From the IMG/VR virus record IMGVR_UViG_3300028025_000089: 64,000 nucleotides of DNA; one strand, written 5' to 3'. The notes under the pieces were generated by a model that worked only from the letters and a program-made list of their open reading frames with translations, did no database searches and was not told the origin of the DNA. Origin of the DNA: a virus (Duplodnaviria > Caudoviricetes). A program made the position numbers and the translations under genes. Below, piece after piece: positions 11,363 to 22,003 of the stretch. Position 1 is the stretch's first letter. Each line of letters opens with the position of its first letter.

Positions 11363-12537
11363 TGGAGTTACAAGAATATAAGTTTACGGTATCACCGGGG
11401 AATATCAAAGGTGATTTAGTTTTTGTTCCGTATACAGGTGAAACTGACGTAACAACAATTATTGATCCATGTTGTTTAACGGCATCTACGGTAAGTGCCA
11501 CAACAACAGGAACAACAGGGGTATATCTACCAATGGATTATGTTTTAAGTGGAAACACAGGTGGAACTTCATTTTTGACTGGTCTATCAGTAAACATAAT
11601 GATTACTGAGTCTACCGTTGATTTAGGTTATTATTCACCTTTTGATGGTTTAATATTACAAGCTGACGTATTAAATAACTTTATTGTTACAGCAGACACA
11701 ATAACTCCTTATTCATATACATTTTACAACACATCAGATTTAGAACTAATAAAGTTTCTACAACTTGTGACATATACGTTGGATTGGGGTGATGGAACAC
11801 CACCACAAGCCGTTTTAGGTATATCACCTATAACACACACCTATCCAAATTCAATTAATAACTATACTATAACTTTAACTGCCAACTCGCCGTGGGGTAT
11901 ATCAAAAGTTCAAAAACCTGTTATAACACCATATAGCGCAGCAACAATACCAAACCCACAAGGATCAATAACCTTTTTTCCTGCTGGGGGATCTTGGTCG
12001 GCAACCCCAATAAGTTATGATTATCTTTTTACAGGAGATTCAAACACAAATGTAAGTGATTATTATTCATATAACTACACATCTGTTCCATTTCCAATTA
12101 CAGGTATAACAGAATCAACGTTGAATGATCTAGCACAATTTGGACCCAAAGTCAATTTATCAGGAGGAAAGTTCAAGTTAGGAATACAAGTAACAGGAAC
12201 CACAGGTGCGATTGGAACTTATTATGGGCCTGACATAACTAATACATATACAGCATACACAATGAATGGTGTTATCTATCATGATTATGAAGATTTCACA
12301 ATATATTTTGCTGATTCATATGGTATTGTTTCGGGTGATACGGTATTATCAGCCCTAACAAAAAACGAAGCATTATTAAATGTTATTGACCAACCTGAAA
12401 TTATAACTAATGTTTATATAGAAAGGGGGAAATACACTCCTTTAGAAAATGTTATGAGATTGGGTGAGGTGGATAACGTTGGTGATTTAGAAAAATACGG
12501 ATACAAATATTTTACAGTAGAAAAAGTATCAACATAA
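11362..12537 (+). CDS. Putative virion protein with a PKD-like domain
   Basis: YTLDWGDG...ITHTY...YTITLTANSPWG is the PKD-type WxFGDG / HTY / Y-x-V-x-L pattern. Confidence 0.65.
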   Translation: MELQEYKFTVSPGNIKGDLVFVPYTGETDVTTIIDPCCLTASTVSATTTGTTGVYLPMDYVLSGNTGGTSFLTGLSVNIMITESTVDLGYYSPFDGLILQADVLNNFIVTADTITPYSYTFYNTSDLELIKFLQLVTYTLDWGDGTPPQAVLGISPITHTYPNSINNYTITLTANSPWGISKVQKPVITPYSAATIPNPQGSITFFPAGGSWSATPISYDYLFTGDSNTNVSDYYSYNYTSVPFPITGITESTLNDLAQFGPKVNLSGGKFKLGIQVTGTTGAIGTYYGPDITNTYTAYTMNGVIYHDYEDFTIYFADSYGIVSGDTVLSALTKNEALLNVIDQPEIITNVYIERGKYTPLENVMRLGEVDNVGDLEKYGYKYFTVEKVST

Positions 12538-12565
12538 CTATTTATAAAAAAGTAATAAAAAAAGA

Positions 12566-13471
12566 ATGGCAACTGGTAACTATGGAACTATAAGACCGGC
12601 AGATGTAAGTCCCGAAGACGTGCAGATTGTTTTGGTTTATACCGAATCAAGAGACGACACACAAAACTTTTCATTAACGACTTTGAACGCACAAGACGTT
12701 CTTAGACCTTATTTCAATAATAATGCAACGGGAGGAAACACCGTTGAGATTTTGGGTGGTTTGTATAATTTAAAACTACCTGCAGATCAATTCAACAGAT
12801 TGGGGATTTATTCTTTGATGATAAGACCGGCTGAAATTAGAACAACAATTACAGATTGTGGAGTTTTATCTTCATTACCAAATGTTAAAGGAATTGTGAT
12901 TGATTTGAATAATGTTCCTGCTCAGTCAAGAAATAAATTTGTGAATCAAGGTTTAGTTGGTTTCAGAGTTGAATATTTAAATCCAGATGGGACTAAAATA
13001 CCAAACTTCTTTAGAATTATAACATCATCTTTCTATTGTGAACCTGTTGTTCAAAACTTAACAAACACGATTCAAAAATCGATAAGATATAGATATGTTG
13101 AAGGATCAACAAACTTATTGTTTTGCACATTATCACCTTCATCGTCGCCGACTAATAAACCAAGTGCAACACCTTATATTGGTCAGCCAAATCAAAATAT
13201 TATAATAACAAATACATTTTTTAATCCAATAAGCGTGGAAATTGAAATCGTCGACCAAGACATTTCAACACTTGCAATTGCTCTTTATGGAAATCAAACT
13301 AAATCTATTGAGGATGGTATTTACACCATTTACGATTCTAATAACAATATATACAAACAATACAACTTGTATGAAATTAAAGATCAGTTTAATGCTCTTC
13401 TTTATGAAGTTAGACAAGATCGTGGTGAAAATATTGACTTCTCAAAGGCATTTAACAACATCATCGCTTAA
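12566..13471 (+). CDS. Putative virion structural protein
   Basis: Late motif at 12539; lies in the baseplate/tail block. Confidence 0.65.
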   Translation: MATGNYGTIRPADVSPEDVQIVLVYTESRDDTQNFSLTTLNAQDVLRPYFNNNATGGNTVEILGGLYNLKLPADQFNRLGIYSLMIRPAEIRTTITDCGVLSSLPNVKGIVIDLNNVPAQSRNKFVNQGLVGFRVEYLNPDGTKIPNFFRIITSSFYCEPVVQNLTNTIQKSIRYRYVEGSTNLLFCTLSPSSSPTNKPSATPYIGQPNQNIIITNTFFNPISVEIEIVDQDISTLAIALYGNQTKSIEDGIYTIYDSNNNIYKQYNLYEIKDQFNALLYEVRQDRGENIDFSKAFNNIIA

Positions 13472-16458
13472 TGGCAACAAATAAATTTACTTGTCCACCT
13501 CAAAGTAGTGCCGCTAACGAGTTCTCAAACAATTTAGTCGGAGTTCAACTTGTTACTGGTGGTGGTTTAACGCAAGCAAATTTTAATTTTACCACAGGTA
13601 TATCTGAAAAACAAAACAGGACTTTTAACATAGGGACTTTTTCAGACCCAATTAATTTAGAGTCTATTAATATAGAAAGTCAGGCTGAGGCTAATATTAT
13701 ATTAGCAAACAACTACAGGGTTTATCCGAATTATGATTTATCACAAGTTACAAATTTTACCCAATACGGGTCTTTAGTTAAAAGACTTTCAACTTCAATT
13801 ACAAAAATTATTAACTACTTTCCTGCGGGATTGGAGGTTAATTCAACAAACCCATCATTTATAACACAAGAAACCGCATTCAACATTACATTTGATTCGG
13901 TTGAAAATGACACAACATTTGAGGTTTATTTATCATCAATTCAAAACCCATTTGAAATTGATTATTCGGTTAATAGCGATATTAATATGCGTTTTAACGA
14001 AATGGATGTGTCACCATTAAGAAACATGACAAGGGAGTTCAAAAAATATGTCTTGTATGTAAATGGTAATCAATATCCTGTAAATTATTTATATCCTACT
14101 GATAGTTCATCGACAACACTAAAACTTATTGTTGATGGTGATCCGTTTAGTGGGGCGACAATATCTTTTGATTACTTAGTGATTAGACCAAGTGATTATG
14201 AAACAAATAAAGTTTTTAATTTAGATTTTGATCCTGTTGAAAACTTTTTATTAAACAGACAAATAACACCGGCTTACACCGCGCAATTTATTGTTCCAAG
14301 AGAACAAGAAGATGGGACGGTTTCGGTTACAAAAGAAACCGCGACTTGGCCAAGAGCTGGGTTATGGAATATTGATATAACATCAGTTTCGTTTGATAAT
14401 TATTTAACAAAAATTAATGACTTTGCAATTAATTTGGATCAGTATCAAACAAACATATTATCAAGGTTTTTAACGACAGGAGCATTAAAAGAATTCGATA
14501 CACCAGATCAAAGGTTTGAAAAATTACTTCAAATTTATGGAAGAAGTTTTGATGAAACAAAAACATTTATAAGTGCTTTAGGTAATATTAATAGTGTTCA
14601 CTACACGGTCAAAAATGATATACCTTCACAATTACTTAAAAATTTAGCACAGACATTAGGTTGGGTTACAAACTTTTCACCAATATCACAAGAAGAGTTA
14701 TTACAAGCGGTATTCACAACTCAACCAAATACTTTCCCTGGTCTTCAAATTGGACCAACACCTGAAGAAGTTAATTATCAATTTTATAGAAATATAATTG
14801 TAAATTCAGCATACCTTTTCAAATCAAAAGGGACAAGAAAATCTATTGAGGCTCTTTTAAGAATGATTGGAGCACCTGACGCTTTAATTGATTTTCAAGA
14901 ATATGTTTATGTTGCTGATCAACGAATTAATATGAGCGAGTTTAATCAACAATATGCTCAAATTAGTTTAGGAACTTTAACAACTCAAATACCGGTTTTA
15001 GACACCGCAGATGTATTTTCAATTCAAGGAATTCAATATACAGGATTTACAACAACATCAACAAACACAAACGTGTTGACTACAAGAAATGATTATCCTG
15101 TTGATGAATTTGGTTGTCCAAAAATGCCAACAGCGACCGAAACATATTTCTTTCAAATTGGTGGAGGTTGGTTTGAATCAACACCACAACACAGAATGCC
15201 CGAGTTTGCAATTCCAACAAATCAGGTATTCACAGGAAATAACCCAAATTATCAAACACAAATACTTCCATTTAATTATGGAGAAGAGTATCTACAAAGA
15301 TATAGACAATTTCCATATATGGATATGGGTTATGTGTTACGAAGAGTTTCAGATAATAAGAAAAGTTGGGTTGATACAAACCCAACATTAAGAACAAGTT
15401 TCGAAGGAAACTTTAACGCATACTATGAAGTTGGTGAAGAATGTTTAGTGTTGAATGTTAAAAACGTTGATATAATGTTAAACCCTGGTCAAGGATTATC
15501 ATATGACGTGTGGTATATGTCTAATCAGTATAATTTCCCAATACCAGAACAAGGTTTGTTTTATACACCACCATCACCTTGTAGTATTCCTAACCCATAT
15601 CCTAAATTAGGTGGGGTGGATTGGACAACAATAGTTCCAAAACCAAAACAAAAAACTTTCTTTGAGTTTGCGCAGACCTTTTGGAGAAATATGATTAACA
15701 CCCGAAATCGTCAATTTATTACTGATGGAAAAACTGGGGGTTACCCAACATTACAATCAATTTATTGGAGATATTTAGAATCACAAAAATTGGCAGGAGT
15801 TCCAAACAATAACTATACATACCAAACGATGATTGATTTTGTTAATGGTATGGGTGATTATTGGATTCAGTTTATAGAACAAATGGTTCCGGCAACCACA
15901 ATTTGGAACACAGGGGTTAGATTAGAAAATTCAATATTTCATAGACAAAAGTTTGTATGGAGAAGACAAGAAGGTTGTAAAATACTTCCTGTTCCTTGTA
16001 AACCATGTAGTCTTACAACACAACTTTATGTTTACGATTGTCCTGTTCAAAGTGTAACATGCGGGTTATATCCTTGGACGACAGATCCAAACACAACATC
16101 ATTTGGTGTGGTATTAAACCAAACACTCCAAGACTATTTTACATCACAAGGTATTAACCCTGGTCAGTGTCAATTGAATTCAACAGTTTCAAATTGGTTT
16201 GTTGATATAAGAGTTAATGGATTACTTATTACTCAATATGGTTTCTTTACAGGAATCGGAACTTCAGGTTATCCATCAAGTTCACAATGGTTACAAGGAT
16301 TGCAAGAAGCTTTGGATGGTTTACTAACAAGTGGTTATAGTTATAATATTGATGAAGATACAAATGAATTAGTGGTCTTTAATAATAATTGTTTACCAAA
16401 CTTTGATGACTTTGAATTGAATGTTGGAATAAACTTTGAAACTTACTGTAACGCATAA
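13471..16458 (+). CDS. Baseplate/tail protein with a wedge-type KGT motif
   Basis: YLFKSKGTRKSIEALLRMIG resembles the KGT motif of P2 gpI / T4 gp7-like wedge proteins; Cys-rich C-terminus. Confidence 0.6.
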   Translation: MATNKFTCPPQSSAANEFSNNLVGVQLVTGGGLTQANFNFTTGISEKQNRTFNIGTFSDPINLESINIESQAEANIILANNYRVYPNYDLSQVTNFTQYGSLVKRLSTSITKIINYFPAGLEVNSTNPSFITQETAFNITFDSVENDTTFEVYLSSIQNPFEIDYSVNSDINMRFNEMDVSPLRNMTREFKKYVLYVNGNQYPVNYLYPTDSSSTTLKLIVDGDPFSGATISFDYLVIRPSDYETNKVFNLDFDPVENFLLNRQITPAYTAQFIVPREQEDGTVSVTKETATWPRAGLWNIDITSVSFDNYLTKINDFAINLDQYQTNILSRFLTTGALKEFDTPDQRFEKLLQIYGRSFDETKTFISALGNINSVHYTVKNDIPSQLLKNLAQTLGWVTNFSPISQEELLQAVFTTQPNTFPGLQIGPTPEEVNYQFYRNIIVNSAYLFKSKGTRKSIEALLRMIGAPDALIDFQEYVYVADQRINMSEFNQQYAQISLGTLTTQIPVLDTADVFSIQGIQYTGFTTTSTNTNVLTTRNDYPVDEFGCPKMPTATETYFFQIGGGWFESTPQHRMPEFAIPTNQVFTGNNPNYQTQILPFNYGEEYLQRYRQFPYMDMGYVLRRVSDNKKSWVDTNPTLRTSFEGNFNAYYEVGEECLVLNVKNVDIMLNPGQGLSYDVWYMSNQYNFPIPEQGLFYTPPSPCSIPNPYPKLGGVDWTTIVPKPKQKTFFEFAQTFWRNMINTRNRQFITDGKTGGYPTLQSIYWRYLESQKLAGVPNNNYTYQTMIDFVNGMGDYWIQFIEQMVPATTIWNTGVRLENSIFHRQKFVWRRQEGCKILPVPCKPCSLTTQLYVYDCPVQSVTCGLYPWTTDPNTTSFGVVLNQTLQDYFTSQGINPGQCQLNSTVSNWFVDIRVNGLLITQYGFFTGIGTSGYPSSSQWLQGLQEALDGLLTSGYSYNIDEDTNELVVFNNNCLPNFDDFELNVGINFETYCNA

Positions 16459-18644
16459 TGAGTATAACAATTTATAATTATAGTGTAACTGGTGATTGTA
16501 GTAATACGGGGTCAGGAGCATTTTCATTTGACATTACAGGAACAACACCTCCTTTTGCCGTAACGTGTATTAGTTCAGGTTGTAGTTTACCAACCTCAGC
16601 AACCACAACTTCTTATGGTGTTTCAGGAATTACCGCTGACACATATTTTTTACAAGTCGTTGATGGATCGTCAAATAATTACGTTCAGGCTGTTTATATA
16701 TCATCAGGAACAACCGCAACGATTGATTCTGAAAATACAACGTGTGGGTTGAGTAATGGATCTATTACAGGATATACTTCAGGTGTTTATAATATTGCAA
16801 CATTTAGTTTGTATGATGGACTTAACAATTTAGTCACCTCATCACAAGTTTCGAATAATTATTATAATTTCACATCTCTTTCTGCTGGAACATATTATAT
16901 AGTTGCTGATGATGGTGGTGGTTGCACAGGAATCACAGCCTCAGTAATTGTTACACCATCAACAGGTTTTACTTTTGGTGGTTATGTTGTTGATGACGCA
17001 AGTTGTAACGGAGTTGGAAGTGGAAAAATATTTCTTACAGGTTTAACATTACCTTCATCCGCATATACAATAAATTGGTCACCAAATGTTAATGGACAAA
17101 CAGGAACAACTGTTACAGGTTTAACGGGGGGAACTTATATAGTCACAGTAACAGATCCTATTAATTGTTCTAATACACAATCATTTAATGTTCAAGCCGT
17201 TGATCCTTTGGGTTCAGGTGGTTTTATTACTATATCACAACCAACTTGTTTTGCTAATGACGGTGAAGTTGAATTTATTGTGACAGGAGGAACTCCTCCA
17301 TATTTCTTTAGCGGTTCGTCAGGTCAAGTTGATGTTACGTTTGCATCATCAGTAACATTTACTGGTTTATCATCGGGTATTTATTCGTTTTTAGTTACAG
17401 ATGCAGGACTATGCACCATATACGATTCGGTTTCAATGTTGACACCAAACTCATTCACTACGGTTGCGGTTAACACAACACCATCTTTTTGTTCTCAAAA
17501 CTCGGGATCTATTCAGGTTATAGTTGATAATGGATTGAGCACAGAACCAAGTTTATTAATTTCAATATCAGGAACAAGCGGAACACAACAAGTTGGAAGT
17601 TTAGGAAACCCAACTCAAACATTCAACGGACTTCCAAATGGGACTTATTTAATCACCGTTCAATCAACAAGTTGCACTTATACCGCAACAACTAATATAA
17701 CTTCTGTTGATTTATTTACGGTTACAGCATCAACAACAGGAACAACTTGTGGTGGTAATAATGGTATTTTAGATGTTGTAGTTTCAACAGGAGGAACATT
17801 ACCATACATATTTACTCTTACGGGACCAACTTATAGTCCTGTAACCACAACAACTTTTTTATCTACATTTACAAATCTTAAATATGGTAATTATACCTTG
17901 ACAGTTCAAGATTCAGGATCACCGAGTTGTAGTCAAACCTATAATGTTTATATTGATGATAGTCAAAATGTATTTTTTAATTTAATACCATCACAACCAA
18001 TTACAGGAAATGATGGGGCAATTACCACATATATTCTATCGGGAGTTCCGACCTTCAATCTAACATGGAGTAGTAATGTTAATGGTCAAACAGGATCAAC
18101 TGTGACAGGACTAACGGCAGGGACTTATACTTTGACGGTTGTTGATAGTGAAGATTGTTCCTTGACAAAATCAATTACATTAACGGGAACTAAAAAATAT
18201 AGTGATTACAGATACTATAATATTTGTGATAATACATTTGCAGACACGGGAACGGTAACCAAAAGAAGTATGAGAGCAATGTATTTGGAAGGTTTTTCTG
18301 ATCTTACAAGTGGGGATACAAATTGTATTATAAACGAAGCAACGTTTTCGATATATGCACAAGTTGGATCACAATCCGCTCAAACACAATTCTACACTTC
18401 AAGTGGATCAACCGATTACCCAACAGATGTTTTGTGGGCTCAAACGATTGTTGAAACCTTAGATTCATTTGTAGGTATTTCAGGAACTACCGTCGACATA
18501 GTATCAAATAGAATAACAATAACCACAACATGTGAAGACATACCAAAAGGGTGTGAAATAGTCCCTTTGAATCCATTACAAGATAATGAGATTATTGTTA
18601 AGTTAGTTATTGATTATGATATATCTTGTGTAAGCTGTAGTTAA
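16458..18644 (+). CDS. Cys/Thr-rich fibre or adhesin-like protein with SprB-like repeats
   Basis: Repeats such as TCFANDGEVEFIVTGGTPPY, TCGGNNGILDVVVSTGGTLPY and TGLTAGTYTLTVVD. Confidence 0.7.
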   Translation: MSITIYNYSVTGDCSNTGSGAFSFDITGTTPPFAVTCISSGCSLPTSATTTSYGVSGITADTYFLQVVDGSSNNYVQAVYISSGTTATIDSENTTCGLSNGSITGYTSGVYNIATFSLYDGLNNLVTSSQVSNNYYNFTSLSAGTYYIVADDGGGCTGITASVIVTPSTGFTFGGYVVDDASCNGVGSGKIFLTGLTLPSSAYTINWSPNVNGQTGTTVTGLTGGTYIVTVTDPINCSNTQSFNVQAVDPLGSGGFITISQPTCFANDGEVEFIVTGGTPPYFFSGSSGQVDVTFASSVTFTGLSSGIYSFLVTDAGLCTIYDSVSMLTPNSFTTVAVNTTPSFCSQNSGSIQVIVDNGLSTEPSLLISISGTSGTQQVGSLGNPTQTFNGLPNGTYLITVQSTSCTYTATTNITSVDLFTVTASTTGTTCGGNNGILDVVVSTGGTLPYIFTLTGPTYSPVTTTTFLSTFTNLKYGNYTLTVQDSGSPSCSQTYNVYIDDSQNVFFNLIPSQPITGNDGAITTYILSGVPTFNLTWSSNVNGQTGSTVTGLTAGTYTLTVVDSEDCSLTKSITLTGTKKYSDYRYYNICDNTFADTGTVTKRSMRAMYLEGFSDLTSGDTNCIINEATFSIYAQVGSQSAQTQFYTSSGSTDYPTDVLWAQTIVETLDSFVGISGTTVDIVSNRITITTTCEDIPKGCEIVPLNPLQDNEIIVKLVIDYDISCVSCS

Positions 18645-18647
18645 TTT

Positions 18648-18872
18648 ATGTCAAACCAAATAACAATAACTTCTGTTACAGGATTAACAACCCCATTTAG
18701 TGGATACTGTTGTGACGTATATGGAAATCAATGTTCATTTGTTGGAGTGATTAGTAGTTTACCAACAACAATAACTTTACCAAATCAGTTTAACACCGCT
18801 CCTGCGATAGGTTTAAAACTTAATGATGGTGCTGGATGTGAAACTTTAGAAACAATTTACTGTTCTTCATAA
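18648..18872 (+). CDS. Small Cys-containing protein, paralog of 26737..26955
   Basis: MSNQITITSVTGLTTPF.. aligns with MPTQITISSLSGLSPF..; both end in GC/EC-x-x-x-ET. Confidence 0.7.
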   Translation: MSNQITITSVTGLTTPFSGYCCDVYGNQCSFVGVISSLPTTITLPNQFNTAPAIGLKLNDGAGCETLETIYCSS

Positions 18873-18906
18873 TTCACTTTACATATTTTTCCTTTAATTT
18901 TTCTTT

Positions 18907-19887
18907 ATGGAAAAAATTTTATTTGTCACCGCACAACCTGACGTGCCATATTTTATTTGGCAAATCAAACTATACGTTCATAATTTCATAGAGAAAGGAA
19001 TTAACCCAAATCAAATCCACGTTATTTTTAGTTTACAAAATGAAAATAATGAACCGTCAAGAGAATCTTTACAGTTGAAAGATCTTGGGATTAATGTTCA
19101 TCACTTTGTTGATGAAAGGGTTAAAAAACATTATATACCATCAATAAAACCATTTTTAATTTCAAAGTGGATTCAAAAAAATCCTAAATACGGTGAGTTA
19201 TTTTTTCTTCACGATTCAGATATTATTTTTAACGAACTACCGAGTTTTGATCGGTTATTGAATGATGAGGTTTGTTACATGTCAGATACGATTGGATATA
19301 TTGGATATAACTACATTATGGATTGTTGTAAAAGATATGAAAGTCAAAACCCAACTTCTGAGAAAGGACAACTCATTTCTGAAATGGCAAATGTTGTTGG
19401 AGTTGATGTTGACACAATTAAACAAAATCAAAAAAATTCAGGAGGAGGTCAATACCTTTTTAAAAACACAAATTGTGAATTATGGGATAAAATGTATAAA
19501 GACTCAATAAAATTATACGATCAAATGTTAGATTATCAAAAACGTTTTCCGATCAATCCAGGTCAAATACAATTTTGGACCGCAGAAATGTGGGCAGTGT
19601 TGTGGAATCTTTGGTTATATGAATACGAAACAAAAATAATTTCAGATCTTGATTTTTCATGGGCTACTGACACCATTGAGATTTATAATTCAAAAAACAT
19701 ATTACACATGGCAGGTGTCACAGATGATCTAAAAACTACAAAATTCTATAAAGGTGATTATATTAATATTGACCCCATTTTGAAATTAAAGGAGGATGAA
19801 AACTTTTTTAATTACATAGATAAAAACAGTTCGACAATTAAATACATCGAAAACATGAAATCATATATAAAAAAATACGAAAATTGA
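18907..19887 (+). CDS. GT-A glycosyltransferase resembling plant SERGT1 (GT96) / HPAT (GT95) protein O-glycosyltransferases
   Basis: Collinear motifs YFIWQ..VHNF, YIPSIKP..KWI, LHDSD (DxD), GGG, WTAEMW and ILH match the recalled SERGT1 motifs YFDWQ..MHSF, YPAINKP..YWL, ILDAD, VGG, WISEMY and LMH. Confidence 0.7.
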   Translation: MEKILFVTAQPDVPYFIWQIKLYVHNFIEKGINPNQIHVIFSLQNENNEPSRESLQLKDLGINVHHFVDERVKKHYIPSIKPFLISKWIQKNPKYGELFFLHDSDIIFNELPSFDRLLNDEVCYMSDTIGYIGYNYIMDCCKRYESQNPTSEKGQLISEMANVVGVDVDTIKQNQKNSGGGQYLFKNTNCELWDKMYKDSIKLYDQMLDYQKRFPINPGQIQFWTAEMWAVLWNLWLYEYETKIISDLDFSWATDTIEIYNSKNILHMAGVTDDLKTTKFYKGDYINIDPILKLKEDENFFNYIDKNSSTIKYIENMKSYIKKYEN

Positions 19888-19903
19888 TTATTTATAATAT
19901 TAT

Positions 19904-21976
19904 ATGATTGAAAACTGTTATATACTATATTCTTGTGATGGAGGTTACCAACCGATCATTTCTAATTACAGTGGATTAAGCGCTTATTCTGAAAGTTACG
20001 TATCCATTAACATTATTGATTTGGGTGAAACTCCTGACACTTGTTTTTATGTTTTAAGTTTAGGTGAAATAGAATGTGATATAACCTATGATATTGACAT
20101 AAACACAGGAACAACATGTTCTTGTCAGTGTTATTGTTATTTTATAAGAAGTTTAGAAACAAATGTTGATGTGACTTATGTAGATTGTAATGATCTTATT
20201 GTTGTTGAAACATTACAAGAAGGACAAACATATAATATTTGTAGTAAAGTATTTCCTCAATTTGATGGAGAATCTCAAATACCAATTAAAATAACGGATA
20301 TTTGTCAAAACAACCAATGTCCTCCAACAATACCAACAGTAAAACCACCTAACGAATGTGATGTTATTACAATATTTCCAATGGACGTTGAGTGTATTGT
20401 TCAAAACCCATCCAACGACAGATCTTTTGATGGGGCTGCGACATTAGCAATTACAGGAGGAACACCACCTTATACCATATTTTGGGAAATCGGAAGTTTT
20501 GCTCCAGCCCTTAATAATTTAGGTGTTGGTGAGTATTCAGCAACTGTGACTGATTACTATGGTGATTTTACTGCGAACACCACTTGTGTTTTAACGGCAG
20601 AAACATTAACCATATCTGGTATGTGTTTTGTTATGACGGGAATTACAGGTGAAGTTTTAACTTATATTTCAGCCGAAAGTCTTGGACTTAAAAACGGAAA
20701 ACCATATTATGAAATACAATATTTGGGTGAAACGTATGGTTATGTATTTTGGAATACAGAATATGAAACTTGGTATTTTTGTCAAACATTAGATTGTCAA
20801 AATATAAGCCCATATAACACTTATACAGGAACAACTTATTATCCTTCAGGTGCTACAGGTGATTGGGTTATTGAATCTGATACACAATATCAAATAATTG
20901 AATCTTATGTTGGTCCATGTCAAATACCTGCAATTGTTAAAGGAGACACCAATCTTTGTGTTACGTTAATTATAAATACAGGAAATTCAGACTCACCAAC
21001 AGATACTTTAAATATTGGATTAGACCCAAGTAATGAAATTAATGGACAACCAAGTTGGTCATCATCAACGGGACAATATGTGATTTATTGGAATACAGGA
21101 TCAACACCTAATCAATGGGTTATGACGGGATATACTAATCCATATGTTACATTAACAAACAATGATCCATCAGATCCACCTATTAGTAATTGGGTTGTTA
21201 ATGGTGAACCTGAAGTTTTAGAAATGTTTGTTTTGACTGGTGATTGTTCCACTGGTTATACAATAAATGTCAATGCTGCAATAAATGATGCCTTATGTGA
21301 AGAAACGGGAAGTATAACACTAACCGCAAGTGGAGGTATTGCACCATACGAATATTCTGTTGATGGGATTAATTTTCAACCATCCCCAATATTCAACGGA
21401 CTAACACCGGGGTCTTATATAGTTTATGCGAAAGATTCATTAAATAATATTGGGTTATATTCACCTGTTGTGATAAATAATACACCACCTGTATCATATT
21501 CAGTCGTGTTGAATGTAAACTATAGCACGGGATTATTTACTATAACGGCACCTACTTTACCTGCAGGTGTTACAATAGATCTTAATTTGGTGATGACTTC
21601 AACGTTTAGTTATTACCCAACAACACTTTCACCACAACCAACTTATAATAATTTTACAACAATTATTGGAACAGGACTTATGACTTTGACAAATACTATG
21701 TTAAATATAACTCCGTTGACAGGTCCTTGTGTTAGAACAGGTTCTATTGGAGTTGCACAAACAACAAATACTTATACAAATACAATTACTTTGGTGAGTA
21801 ATCAAGTTGTTAGTGGAACAACCACAAATAACATTATCAATGACCCAACTGGAAATTGTAAAAATGCTATTGGTTCATATAACTTAACAATGACAAACCC
21901 TACGATAAATAATTGTCAGTGTTGTTCGGTATTTCTTCTTAACCCAAGATTAAACCCAGCACCTCCAATTACATAA
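19904..21976 (+). CDS. Cys-rich fibre-like protein with SprB-like repeats
   Basis: FDGAATLAITGGTPPYTIFW and CEETGSITLTASGGIAPYEYSVDG repeats; late motif at 19889. Confidence 0.65.
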   Translation: MIENCYILYSCDGGYQPIISNYSGLSAYSESYVSINIIDLGETPDTCFYVLSLGEIECDITYDIDINTGTTCSCQCYCYFIRSLETNVDVTYVDCNDLIVVETLQEGQTYNICSKVFPQFDGESQIPIKITDICQNNQCPPTIPTVKPPNECDVITIFPMDVECIVQNPSNDRSFDGAATLAITGGTPPYTIFWEIGSFAPALNNLGVGEYSATVTDYYGDFTANTTCVLTAETLTISGMCFVMTGITGEVLTYISAESLGLKNGKPYYEIQYLGETYGYVFWNTEYETWYFCQTLDCQNISPYNTYTGTTYYPSGATGDWVIESDTQYQIIESYVGPCQIPAIVKGDTNLCVTLIINTGNSDSPTDTLNIGLDPSNEINGQPSWSSSTGQYVIYWNTGSTPNQWVMTGYTNPYVTLTNNDPSDPPISNWVVNGEPEVLEMFVLTGDCSTGYTINVNAAINDALCEETGSITLTASGGIAPYEYSVDGINFQPSPIFNGLTPGSYIVYAKDSLNNIGLYSPVVINNTPPVSYSVVLNVNYSTGLFTITAPTLPAGVTIDLNLVMTSTFSYYPTTLSPQPTYNNFTTIIGTGLMTLTNTMLNITPLTGPCVRTGSIGVAQTTNTYTNTITLVSNQVVSGTTTNNIINDPTGNCKNAIGSYNLTMTNPTINNCQCCSVFLLNPRLNPAPPIT

Positions 21977-22003
21977 AATTAAAAGAATAATATTTATTCA
22001 ATA

